Source of the DNA: an uncultured Chitinophaga sp.
Lineage (GTDB): Bacteria; Bacteroidota; Bacteroidia; Chitinophagales; LD1
DNA length: 64,000 nucleotides
Reading direction: 5' to 3'
NCBI GenBank assembly: GCA_964615305.1
Contig: CAZTNA010000002.1
Span: 18,835-82,834, forward strand
In this document: positions 18,672 through 28,187 of the stretch, piece after piece
How positions within the stretch are numbered: the stretch's first letter is position 1
Layout: each line of letters opens with the position of its first letter
The notes under the pieces: model-generated
The model's database searches: none
What the model was told of the DNA's origin: nothing
Seen by the model: only the letters and a program-made list of their open reading frames with translations
Position numbers and translations under genes: made by a program

Positions 18672-21089
18672 ATGTCAGAAACAAAAACCGCACACAGCGG
18701 CAGCAGCCCTTTGAGTTTTAGCGATTTTAAAAACGAAGTGCTTAACGATTTTCGCATAGCGTGCATTAGCCGTGAAACTAGTTTGCTTGGGCGTAAAGAA
18801 GTGCTTACCGGAAAAGCCAAGTTCGGCATTTTTGGCGATGGAAAAGAGTTAGCTCAAATTGCCTTGGCTAAATCTTTTGAGCCGGGCGACTGGCGCAGCG
18901 GTTACTACCGCGACCAAACCTGGATGTTTGCGTTAGGTGAATTGACTGTTGAACAATTCTTTGCACAACTTTATGCTAACCCGAATCAGGAAGAAGAACC
19001 CATGAGCGCAGGACGGCAAATGAACGGGCACTACGCTACCCGCCTGCAAGATGAAAATGGAAACTGGCTCGACCTAACTCAGCGTTACAACTCTTCAGCT
19101 GATGGTTCTCCCACAGCTTCGCAAATGCCGCGCTCATTGGGTTTGGCATTAGCTTCTAAACTATACCGCGCTAACGATGAGTTGAACGATTTCAAGATAT
19201 TTTCGGAACGTGGTAATGAAGTTTCGTTTGTATCTATTGGCGATGCCAGCACCAGCGAAGGTTTATTTTGGGAAACCCTTAACGCAGCAGGTGTAATGCG
19301 TGTGCCGCTTGCTGTTTCTGTTTGGGATGACGGCTACGGAATTTCAGTTCCGAAAAAATATCAAACTACTAAAGAAAGCATCAGTGAAATAACCAAAGGT
19401 TTTCAGGCAGATGAGCAGGGGAGAGGCTTCGATATTTATGTGTGCGAAGGTTGGAACTATCCGAAGTTGGTAGAAACCTACAAGCGCGGTATTGAGAAAA
19501 TCCGTAAGACACATATTCCCGCGCTGTTTCACATCATTGAAGTTACGCAACCGCAAGGGCACTCTACTTCCGGCTCGCACGAGCGCTACAAAACGCCTGA
19601 GCGCATGCAATGGGAAAAGGATTTCGATTGCGTAAAGAAAATGAGTGAGTGGATTACAGAAAGTAAAATTGCTACCGTTGAAGAGTTAGAAGAGATTCAG
19701 AAAGAAGCAAAGCACCATGCGCTTGGCAGCAAATCAGTAGCTTGGAAAAAATTTAACCAACCGTTAAAGGAAGAAATAAATGAGTTGGTTGAGTTGATAG
19801 GAAAAGTAGTTGATGAAATTGGAGATGAAAGTTTGCAGTCATTTATTTCAAACATTCAATCTGCTATAGATCCTGTTCGTAAAGACATATTAAAGGCCGG
19901 CAAATCGGTAGTTCGCAACTTAAGAGGGCAAAGTTTTTCTTCTTTAAACAATCTCAAAGTTTGGCTTAAGCAATTCGAAGAAAAGTATCAGAAAGAATAT
20001 TCTTCTCATCTCCATAGTGAAACTGGCTTAAATGCTTTAAAAGTTCCAGTTGTTGAAGCGGAGTATTCTGAGTCTTCTAGAGTTGTAAACGGCTTTGAGG
20101 TTCTTAACGTAGCATTTGATATGCTGTTTAGAAAGTATCCTAACGTAGTTGCCTTTGGCGAAGATGTAGGCAAGATTGGCGATGTGAATCAGGGCTTCAG
20201 CGGCATACAGGAAAAGTATGGTGAGCATAGAATTTTCGACACGGGCATACGAGAAGCAACTATCATGGGACAGGGAATAGGTTTAGCATTGCGCGGTTTC
20301 CGTCCTATTGCCGAAATTCAATACCTCGATTACCTGCTCTATGGCTTACAGCCACTTAGCGATGATCTTGCTTGCCTTCAGTACCGAACCAAAGGAATTC
20401 AAAAAGCTCCTTTGATAGTGCGCACCCGCGGTCATCGTTTAGAAGGTATATGGCATACAGGCTCGCCTATGGGCATGATTATTAATTCGCTTCGCGGAAT
20501 GTATGTGTGTGTGCCACGCAATATGGTGCAGGCCGCAGGCATGTATAACACACTGCTGCAAAGCGATGAACCTGCCTTGGTGATTGAATGCCTGAACGGT
20601 TACCGTTTAAAGGAGCAGTTGCCCGATAACCTTTCTGAATTTACAGTTCCGCTTGGTGTGCCGGAAGTGATTAAAGAAGGAAGTGATGTTACACTTGTTA
20701 CCTACGGAAGTTGTGTGCGCATTGCCGAAGAAGCTATGGCTATGTTAGATGAGGCAGGAATCTCTGTTGAACTCATTGACGTGCAAACTTTGTTGCCATT
20801 TGATATTCACCACAGCATTATTGAATCAGTGAAGAAAACCAACCGTGTAGTTTTCTTAGATGAAGATGTGCCGGGTGGTGCAGCCGCTTATATGTTCCAG
20901 AAAGTTTTTGAAGAACAACAGGCATTCCGTTGGCTCGACTCTGAACCGCGCACTATTACTGCTAAAGCTCACCGCGCTGCTTATGGCACTGATGGAGATT
21001 ATTTCAGCAAGCCAAATGCTGAAGAAGTCTATGAAGTGATTTATGGAATAATGACCGAAGCAGATCCGGATAGTTATCCGAATCTTTAA
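18672..21089 (+). CDS. fused E1 alpha/beta subunit of a TPP-dependent 2-oxoacid (branched-chain keto acid) dehydrogenase
   Basis: 805 aa. The alpha part has 'SIGDASTSEGLFWETLN'. The beta/transketolase-like part has 'AFGEDVGKIGDVNQGF' and 'RIFDTGIREATIMG'. Confidence 0.8.
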   Translation: MSETKTAHSGSSPLSFSDFKNEVLNDFRIACISRETSLLGRKEVLTGKAKFGIFGDGKELAQIALAKSFEPGDWRSGYYRDQTWMFALGELTVEQFFAQLYANPNQEEEPMSAGRQMNGHYATRLQDENGNWLDLTQRYNSSADGSPTASQMPRSLGLALASKLYRANDELNDFKIFSERGNEVSFVSIGDASTSEGLFWETLNAAGVMRVPLAVSVWDDGYGISVPKKYQTTKESISEITKGFQADEQGRGFDIYVCEGWNYPKLVETYKRGIEKIRKTHIPALFHIIEVTQPQGHSTSGSHERYKTPERMQWEKDFDCVKKMSEWITESKIATVEELEEIQKEAKHHALGSKSVAWKKFNQPLKEEINELVELIGKVVDEIGDESLQSFISNIQSAIDPVRKDILKAGKSVVRNLRGQSFSSLNNLKVWLKQFEEKYQKEYSSHLHSETGLNALKVPVVEAEYSESSRVVNGFEVLNVAFDMLFRKYPNVVAFGEDVGKIGDVNQGFSGIQEKYGEHRIFDTGIREATIMGQGIGLALRGFRPIAEIQYLDYLLYGLQPLSDDLACLQYRTKGIQKAPLIVRTRGHRLEGIWHTGSPMGMIINSLRGMYVCVPRNMVQAAGMYNTLLQSDEPALVIECLNGYRLKEQLPDNLSEFTVPLGVPEVIKEGSDVTLVTYGSCVRIAEEAMAMLDEAGISVELIDVQTLLPFDIHHSIIESVKKTNRVVFLDEDVPGGAAAYMFQKVFEEQQAFRWLDSEPRTITAKAHRAAYGTDGDYFSKPNAEEVYEVIYGIMTEADPDSYPNL

Positions 21090-21114
21090 GAAAAATGGTC
21101 TGTAACGTTTACCG

Positions 21115-22443
21115 CTAGAAAAATTTCTTCATCCAGTTTTCTACATCGGTATTGGCTTCGTCCTGAAGTTGTTTGCCGCGTGCTACATTGTGCTTTTCGT
21201 AGCTTATACCGTTAAGCGATTGTTGCACCGGTTTTGTTTTAGCCAGAAATGCTGACTTGTATTGAACAGGCAGAGGATCAGCAAAAGTTAGTTTCTGTTT
21301 AAGCGGGTCAACTTGTTTTCCGTCTTTCCAAAAGCGATAACAAACGTGAGGGCCGGTGGCCAAGCCGGTGCTTCCTACATATCCAATCACTTCGCCCTGC
21401 TTTACTCTTGCCCCCCTGCGAACACCTTTTGCAATTTTGCTCATGTGCAAATACTGAGTTTTGAATTCACCATTGTGGCGAATCTTTACATAGTTACCGT
21501 TAAACGCTTTGTATTGTGCTTCCTCCACAACACCATCGGCTGTAGCAATAATAGGGGTACCGTAAGAAGCCGCATAGTCAGTTCCTAAGTGCGCTTTCCA
21601 CCGCTTAGTTACCGGGTGGAAACGTTTCATGGTAAAGCGTGAAGAAATGCGAGAGAACTTTACAGGTGCTTTCAGAAACTGTTTCTTCATACTGTTTCCG
21701 TTTTCATCATAGTAGTCCCCTTCGTGCTGCGGATCTTTGGCAAAGTAAAAAGCGTAGTTGTCTTTACCTCCGCTGTTGAACAGCACAGCACTTATTTCAC
21801 CAATGGCTACTGTTTTGCCGTCTACTACATCTTCATCGTAAATAATCTTGAACTTATCACCATTCTGAATTTTATAGAAATCAACACTCCACGCAAATAT
21901 CTCTGACATGCGTATGGCAAGGGTGGGGTCTATTTCGTTTTCTTCCAGTGTTTCGTATAACGATGAACGAATTACACCGCTTACTTCACGGTGGTGCCGC
22001 TCTACTTCGTTTTCCCCTCTGTACATGTATAGTGAGTCTTCCAGATTAAATACTACGTAGTTGGTTCTACTTTCTTCATAAATCAGTTTCTTGGGCACCA
22101 ATGAAGAATCAGTTTTATCGCATAAAACAGTAAAGCTGTTTCCGGCTTTAATCTTTTTTAAACTAAAAATCTCGCGTGATGCACCAATAAAAAAACTTAT
22201 GGCTTGTCCGGTAACATTATATCTGGTAAAAATTTCTGCAAACAACTCATTGGGTTTAACAATGTGGCTCACCACCTTAAAATCGTTGAGGTTTACCCCG
22301 TATTTTACCAATGGCTCAGGCGTTTGAATAAATGAAGTTGTTGCTTGTTTGCCTTGGCGCAACTCTTGAAAAATAGATACAGTCCACCAGGTAAGTATCA
22401 CAAAAAACAAAACCAAAGCTGCCGGCAAAAAATATTTTTTCAT
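21115..22443 (-). CDS. M23 family metallopeptidase
   Basis: A signal/anchor sequence is followed by 'HLGTDYAASYGTPIIATADGVV' and 'QYLHMSK' (HxxxD and HxH-type motifs). Confidence 0.85.
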   Translation of the reverse strand: MKKYFLPAALVLFFVILTWWTVSIFQELRQGKQATTSFIQTPEPLVKYGVNLNDFKVVSHIVKPNELFAEIFTRYNVTGQAISFFIGASREIFSLKKIKAGNSFTVLCDKTDSSLVPKKLIYEESRTNYVVFNLEDSLYMYRGENEVERHHREVSGVIRSSLYETLEENEIDPTLAIRMSEIFAWSVDFYKIQNGDKFKIIYDEDVVDGKTVAIGEISAVLFNSGGKDNYAFYFAKDPQHEGDYYDENGNSMKKQFLKAPVKFSRISSRFTMKRFHPVTKRWKAHLGTDYAASYGTPIIATADGVVEEAQYKAFNGNYVKIRHNGEFKTQYLHMSKIAKGVRRGARVKQGEVIGYVGSTGLATGPHVCYRFWKDGKQVDPLKQKLTFADPLPVQYKSAFLAKTKPVQQSLNGISYEKHNVARGKQLQDEANTDVENWMKKFF

Positions 22444-22562
22444 CTCAAAAATTTATCTGGGTAAAACTAATGCGCAATCTTTAATAGTGCTATGGTAAAC
22501 TGCTATGTTTAATAACAAAACTGATGTTTGCGTGCAGTGAAAAAGACAGAAAATGTAGGCAG

Positions 22563-25202
22563 CTAATCTTTAACTAACTGTGTAGTATATCCTCCTGATG
22601 TTGTTTGTAATTCTATCAAGTAATTTCCTGTTGCCAGGTTTGCAATATCTAAGGGTAAATGTTGCAGTCCGCTTGGTACACTTTCCAAAATTTTTGAAAT
22701 ACACTTTTTGCCTGATACATCGTACACTGTAACAGCTACTTTCTCCGTTTGGTAAAGAAAGTATTGAATGGTTACCTGTTCTAGTGCAGGGTTAGGATAT
22801 ACGCCTAATACTACAGGTTTTACCGTAGTGATGTTGTTTGGGTTTTGTATCTGAAAAACAACCATAGCGGTATCGCAGTGATTAACTCCACAACTATCAC
22901 ATCCAACAAAACGCATAGTGTCGTTACCTTCATAGTTATAGTGTGGAAAATATTTGATACAAGTATCGCCCAGGTTTTGAAATGTACCATGCTTAGGAAA
23001 CAAGTTAATGTTTACTCCATTGGGGGTATCTAGCAAGTCATCGAAATAAAAACAGTAAGTGTAGTTGCTGTTTTTGTTCATCATTATATTTAACTGGCTA
23101 GTAATTAAAGGGTGTTCAATATTAAAATTGTATATTACTGTATCGCAAAACCCACTACTGTCGCAGGCTGTGAACTCAATAATTTCTGTTTCGCAATTTA
23201 ATGAATCGGGAATGTATGAAAAGCAGTTGCCGTTTACCTGAAGAGTGCCTGTTAAAGGAGGGTTGTAGTTAACACCAACGGCAGGCGAGGTTAAGTCGTT
23301 AAACGTAATACAGTGTGTATAGATAGAATCGCCCAAAAGATTTACAACATTATTGTCAACGTCTTGTGAACCGGTAACGGAAATGAAAACAAAAATTGTA
23401 TCGCACGTATAGTTAGTTCCTGAAGTGCAAACTATAATCGGTAAAGTATCATTCCCATAATAGTTTGTTTGTGGTATGTAAGTTATGTTCACTCCGCTAA
23501 AATTTAAAGCCGCACCGTGTTTTGGCGGTAGTAACGTAGTAGAGCGTTGCGGGCAAGAAGGAATGTTTGGTATAGCATTAAAACTAACCTGTGTGTTTTC
23601 GGTAGTGCCCACATAAAGATTTTCAATTTTAAACACGGCTACGCTTTGTGTTGGTAGTAGAGCAGGGGCGGCTGCAGTAATAGCTGGAGCTGAAACCGGA
23701 TTGAGCGCTTGACGTAAATATCTCTCGTTGTCGTTAACATAAAAATTTGGACCGGCTGAGTTAGTGGAACCAAGTTGACCAATGTCAACAAAAGTATAAT
23801 CGGCTTGAGTTTTTGTTTTCTTTATATCTAGCGTATAATATCCGTTATCGTCAAGGTTCACATATTTCATGTGTGGATTTAACGATTGCACAACTCCGGC
23901 ACCTACAGGCAAAGGAGAATTAGGTGAAGTAACGCTTGGCCCTACAAACTCTACACAAACTGAACCGTTGCCGCTATTTGCATCGTAGTTAGTACCCGGT
24001 ACATCATTGCACCAGCTGGTGTGTATGTCGCCTGTAAGTATTACAACGTCTTTAATGTTGTTGTTTAGAATATGATTTTGTATTTGCGTGCGTTCGAAAT
24101 TGTAGCCATCCCATTGATCGTTATTTACCGGTATTCCAAAAACTTCCAGCGGTGCAAACATTACTTGGTTGCCAATAATTTTCCATCGTGTGGTAGTATC
24201 GCTTAGCTGGGTTAGAAACCATGCCATTTCTGCAGGGCCTAACAGTTTATGAGTTGGACTATTGTTGGCCGATGTATTTGGCTCATCACGGTCGTAGAGA
24301 CGAGTGTCAAGCATTACCAAATCTAGAAGTTTACCATACCGTAGTTTACGGAATATGCGAATGGTATCTAGCGGATCAGGCTTACGGATTGGCATCCACT
24401 TAAAGTAGGTGGAAGTAGAGGCGCGTTTGCGATCAACGTAGCTTCCCTCAGTGCCGGGGGTGTGGTTATCGGCCCCATCGCGCCAAGAGTTGTTACAGGT
24501 TTCATGATCGTCCCAAACTGTAATGAATGGAAACAGTTGGTGAGTTCTGCGAAGTTGATCATCTAATTTGTATTGTGAATATCGCAACTCATAATCCTGC
24601 TCGGTTATAATCTCGTGGTTTGGCTCATACTCTCTCCCTGCAGTAGTAGCTCCTAAACCTCCGGGTTCATATTCGTAAATGTAATCGCCTAAGTGAACAA
24701 CTGCATCAACATCATTACGATTTGTAATGCTTTCATAAGCGTTAAAATAGCCGCTCTCAAAAGCAGCACAACTAACTACCGCCAATCTTACACTGTCATT
24801 ATTAGTAGAGGCAGATGGTGCTGTTTTGGTTCTGCCGGCAATAGAGTTTCGCCCGTTTGACTGAAACATGTAATAATAGTAAGTGCCACTTTGTAATCCG
24901 CAAACATCTTGTTTAACACAATAGTGGTTATCGGTTGTGGCTGTTAACGATCCGTAGTTAACCACATTGGTAAAGTTAACATCTGTAGCAATTTGCCAAT
25001 ACACTTTTACATCGCCTGTAACCCCTGAATCAGGTGTTACACGTGTCCAGATGATTACGCTGGTATCTGTTGGGTCTCCGGATTCAACTCCATGGTAGAA
25101 AGGTTGGAGAGAAGGGTTGAGCGTAATACGGTGTTGGTTGCTCTGTGCTGTTATTATAGTGTAAAAAATTAAGAGAGAAATAATTAAGAGTAACTTTTTC
25201 AC
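22563..25202 (-). CDS. PhoD-like alkaline phosphatase with Cys-rich repeat modules and a T9SS C-terminal sorting domain
   Basis: The metallophosphatase motifs 'VVHLGDYIYEY', 'VWDDHE' and 'LTGDIHTSW' are present. Three repeat modules cover residues about 525-786. The C-terminal domain reads 'VLGVYPNPALEQVTIQYF...GNYLIELQT'. Confidence 0.8.
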   Translation of the reverse strand: MKKLLLIISLLIFYTIITAQSNQHRITLNPSLQPFYHGVESGDPTDTSVIIWTRVTPDSGVTGDVKVYWQIATDVNFTNVVNYGSLTATTDNHYCVKQDVCGLQSGTYYYYMFQSNGRNSIAGRTKTAPSASTNNDSVRLAVVSCAAFESGYFNAYESITNRNDVDAVVHLGDYIYEYEPGGLGATTAGREYEPNHEIITEQDYELRYSQYKLDDQLRRTHQLFPFITVWDDHETCNNSWRDGADNHTPGTEGSYVDRKRASTSTYFKWMPIRKPDPLDTIRIFRKLRYGKLLDLVMLDTRLYDRDEPNTSANNSPTHKLLGPAEMAWFLTQLSDTTTRWKIIGNQVMFAPLEVFGIPVNNDQWDGYNFERTQIQNHILNNNIKDVVILTGDIHTSWCNDVPGTNYDANSGNGSVCVEFVGPSVTSPNSPLPVGAGVVQSLNPHMKYVNLDDNGYYTLDIKKTKTQADYTFVDIGQLGSTNSAGPNFYVNDNERYLRQALNPVSAPAITAAAPALLPTQSVAVFKIENLYVGTTENTQVSFNAIPNIPSCPQRSTTLLPPKHGAALNFSGVNITYIPQTNYYGNDTLPIIVCTSGTNYTCDTIFVFISVTGSQDVDNNVVNLLGDSIYTHCITFNDLTSPAVGVNYNPPLTGTLQVNGNCFSYIPDSLNCETEIIEFTACDSSGFCDTVIYNFNIEHPLITSQLNIMMNKNSNYTYCFYFDDLLDTPNGVNINLFPKHGTFQNLGDTCIKYFPHYNYEGNDTMRFVGCDSCGVNHCDTAMVVFQIQNPNNITTVKPVVLGVYPNPALEQVTIQYFLYQTEKVAVTVYDVSGKKCISKILESVPSGLQHLPLDIANLATGNYLIELQTTSGGYTTQLVKD

Positions 25203-25300
25203 TGATAGGAATTTTATGCAAAGATAAATGTCTAATTGGCTATTGGGTTAATTATGAACGGTTGGATAAAAATTTAACGATATGAGAAATTCTTCAGTAT

Positions 25301-26530
25301 TTAACAGGCTAGCCCTTTTGGATAAAACACGTAATATTTTGTAACCGGCACACTAAGAACCGATATGTTAAGCTGGTCACTGGCCTGTGCTATGTCAACT
25401 ACTTCATTTTTTCCAACGGTGATATTGATTCGGTTTTCAGAAGTATTGTAAGCATGGTTTGAAGTAGAATCACTGAACACCAAATAGCCTGCTTCTTTTT
25501 CCGAAAGTTTAAACTTTTTCATTGCCTGTTTGTTTAGCTCCCTTATTTTTTTGTAGCCGAATGCCTTATTGCTAATTTCTATTTTAAACAATCTTCGCTC
25601 AAGTATGGCTACGCATAACATTTTTAGCACTCGGTCAGAGTGGTGTTGCCAGTATTTGAATGCCGAAAAAACATCCACATCATCTAATTGGGAGTAGAAC
25701 TGTAAAACTTTAGTGTCTTTTTCAAAATCTTTCAGTTTTACTTTGTTGTGTAAAAAATATTGTAAAGCGGGCGATGCATCTAACTTTTCGCCTTGTGCAA
25801 TCAGATATTTAGCACGTTGAATAGCTTTAATCATCATCTGCTCTACACACAATACAGTTTTGTGCAGGTAAACCTGCCAATACATTAACCTACGCGCTAT
25901 AATAAAACTCTCCATGCTATAAATGCCTTTCTGCTCCACTACTAATTCACCGTTACGCACGTTCAGCATTTCGATAATGCGTTCGTAGCTAATGGCTCCT
26001 TCATTTACTCCGGTAAAAAATGCATCACGAGTAAGGTAGTCGAGACGGTCAACATCAAGTTGTGACGATACCAACTGATGCAAAAATTTCTTTTTGTAGC
26101 TACCTTCAAATATCTCAATCGCCAGGTTCAACTTTCCTTTGAAGTGGCGGTTTAACTGTTTGAGGTAAATCTTAGAAAGATCTTCGTGATGTACGCCTTC
26201 AATTAAACTATACTCCAGCGTATGCGAAAACGGAGCATGACCAATGTCGTGCAGTAATATGGCAATTAATGCGCCTAGCTCTTCTTCCTCTGTAATTTTT
26301 ACACCTTTGATTTTTAGAATAGAAAGTGCTTTGCGCATTAAATGAAATGCTCCCAAAGCATGATGAAATCTTGTATGTATAGCACCAGGATAAACATAAT
26401 CACTTAACCCAAGCTGTTTTATTCTTCGTAACCTCTGAAAATAAGGATGTTCAATAATGTCAAAAATGAGCTCGTGTGGTATGGTAATGAACCCGTGTAC
26501 CGGATCGTTGAAAATTTTACGTTTGTTCAT
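25301..26530 (-). CDS. HD-domain phosphohydrolase (SAMHD1/dNTP triphosphohydrolase-like)
   Basis: 'IFNDPVHGFITIP', 'FQRLRRIKQLG', 'TRFHHALGAFHL' and 'LLHDIGHAPFSH' are present. Confidence 0.8.
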   Translation of the reverse strand: MNKRKIFNDPVHGFITIPHELIFDIIEHPYFQRLRRIKQLGLSDYVYPGAIHTRFHHALGAFHLMRKALSILKIKGVKITEEEELGALIAILLHDIGHAPFSHTLEYSLIEGVHHEDLSKIYLKQLNRHFKGKLNLAIEIFEGSYKKKFLHQLVSSQLDVDRLDYLTRDAFFTGVNEGAISYERIIEMLNVRNGELVVEQKGIYSMESFIIARRLMYWQVYLHKTVLCVEQMMIKAIQRAKYLIAQGEKLDASPALQYFLHNKVKLKDFEKDTKVLQFYSQLDDVDVFSAFKYWQHHSDRVLKMLCVAILERRLFKIEISNKAFGYKKIRELNKQAMKKFKLSEKEAGYLVFSDSTSNHAYNTSENRINITVGKNEVVDIAQASDQLNISVLSVPVTKYYVFYPKGLAC

Positions 26531-26651
26531 ACATCATGTTGTCGGTTGCAAGAAACAAAAAGTTATTCACCTAAGCATTACTTTGTCAGTTCATACTTTT
26601 TATATTTTGCATTTGGCATTGAAATTGGTTTAAACCTATAAACAAACAAAT

Positions 26652-27956
26652 ATGAACACCTTGAAACAGTACTTTATGCTTACCATTTTTGCAGCATTTT
26701 TAAATAGCTGCAATTCGCAACCCGAAACAACTACAACAGTAACTACTGAGAAAAAGCAAGATGTTGACCCCGCTTCTTTGATTACGGCTACTGTCATACC
26801 AACTACTAATACTCCTCCACCAATAACTAAAAGCGAAAAAGTGGGCGTAGAGTTGTCGCCCCCAAAAGAAACAGCTACTTCTATTAAGCAAACTACCGCA
26901 AATGATAGTAAGCCAATAAAGTCAACTAAAAGTGAAAGCAATAATCTAACAGCATCTGTGCCAACCACTCAGCAAAGTTCAGGAGTGTCATCAGGAATTC
27001 AGTCCGGCAAGGGGGCGGTGGTTAAAGCTACAAACACAAGTGGCACAGGTCCTCAAACCCCACAGTTTCCGGGTCGCACAAACACTCCGAACCCCAATAC
27101 CGGCAATACCCCCAATCCACCAACCAGCACCGGCACTTCTGATGGTAAAGGCAGGGGAGGTTCTTCTAGTAACGGAACCGGTTCACCAACAACTAATACT
27201 ACGCCCGAAACCAACACAAACAACGGTAAAGGGCGTGGTGGTAATTCCACCGGGTCTACAAATACCCCTAATACAAACACCGGTGGTGGAGGGGGAGTTG
27301 GAGATGTACTAGGCGACATACTTGGAGGCGGAACTGGCAATTTTACTGAATCTGAAGCCGCCAAAGCAATTAAAGAAGCCCTCATGAAAGGGATTAGTAC
27401 CGGAGTTGATAAAGTATCGGTAACTGATGGTTATTTTAAAAACGGTCTAATTAAAATACCATTTCCTAAAGACGCACAAGTAGTCGAAACAACTTTACGG
27501 CAAATTGGTATGGGTAGTATGATTGATAATGTGGTGCTTGCGAGTAATCGCGCTGCTGAAAGTGCAGCTAAGCAAGCGTTACCAATATTTGTCAACAGCA
27601 TAACACAAATGACCATCAATGATGCTATTAATATAGTTAGTAACAAGCAAAGCGATGCGGCTACACAGTTTCTTCAGCGAACCACTACAGAGCCATTAGT
27701 GGCAGCTTTTAAGCCTTCCATAAAATCTGCTTTAGATAAAACGCTGGCTACAAAATATTGGGCAGATGTGATGGGCTACTACAACAAGGTACCTTTTGTT
27801 CAAAAAATTAATACTGACCTTACCGATTTCGTAACCCGCAAGGCGGTTTCGGGGTTGTTTTATATGATTGGCCAGGAGGAAGCCCGTATTCGTAAAGATC
27901 CCGGAGCTCGTACAAGCGATATTCTCAAAAAGGTTTTTGGCAACCTAAAGTTTTAG
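26652..27956 (+). CDS. lipoprotein: long disordered T/N/P/G-rich region + DUF4197-like domain
   Basis: The lipobox is 'FLNSC'. Residues about 25-225 are low complexity. The C-terminal half, 'FTESEAAKAIKEALMKGISTGVDKVS...GYF', resembles DUF4197. Confidence 0.6.
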   Translation: MNTLKQYFMLTIFAAFLNSCNSQPETTTTVTTEKKQDVDPASLITATVIPTTNTPPPITKSEKVGVELSPPKETATSIKQTTANDSKPIKSTKSESNNLTASVPTTQQSSGVSSGIQSGKGAVVKATNTSGTGPQTPQFPGRTNTPNPNTGNTPNPPTSTGTSDGKGRGGSSSNGTGSPTTNTTPETNTNNGKGRGGNSTGSTNTPNTNTGGGGGVGDVLGDILGGGTGNFTESEAAKAIKEALMKGISTGVDKVSVTDGYFKNGLIKIPFPKDAQVVETTLRQIGMGSMIDNVVLASNRAAESAAKQALPIFVNSITQMTINDAINIVSNKQSDAATQFLQRTTTEPLVAAFKPSIKSALDKTLATKYWADVMGYYNKVPFVQKINTDLTDFVTRKAVSGLFYMIGQEEARIRKDPGARTSDILKKVFGNLKF

Positions 27957-28187
27957 TGCAAAAATTGCTTGTAGCAGCTAAGATATACTCACATCTTGTA
28001 AGAATAGTCAGTAAGTAGTTGCTAATAACTACGCATAGCTTCTTAATCAAGATCTTTGTACAATTCACAGTTTGTATGTTCACAGTAACTATTGGTAATT
28101 GTTGCAGTTAGTAAGATATTCGGTGAAACGTTCTTTTAATCCGGTTCAAGGTATTGTAACATTTATTCTTTCACCTAACTTTATACT

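Noticed and set aside
25301-26530. HD-domain dNTPase-like gene as an anti-phage dGTPase defence gene
   Set aside because: It is a single gene in a housekeeping context with no neighbouring defence or mobile genes. This architecture is a widely conserved core protein in Bacteroidota as far as I recall, so there is no sequence-level reason to call it defence.
26636-27385. Antisense ORFs 26636-26968, 26700-26891 and 27053-27385, and the alternate-frame ORF 27040-27312
   Set aside because: They lie opposite or alongside the low-complexity T/N/P/G tract of the DUF4197-like lipoprotein gene, and their translations are themselves low-complexity. They are stop-free artefacts.
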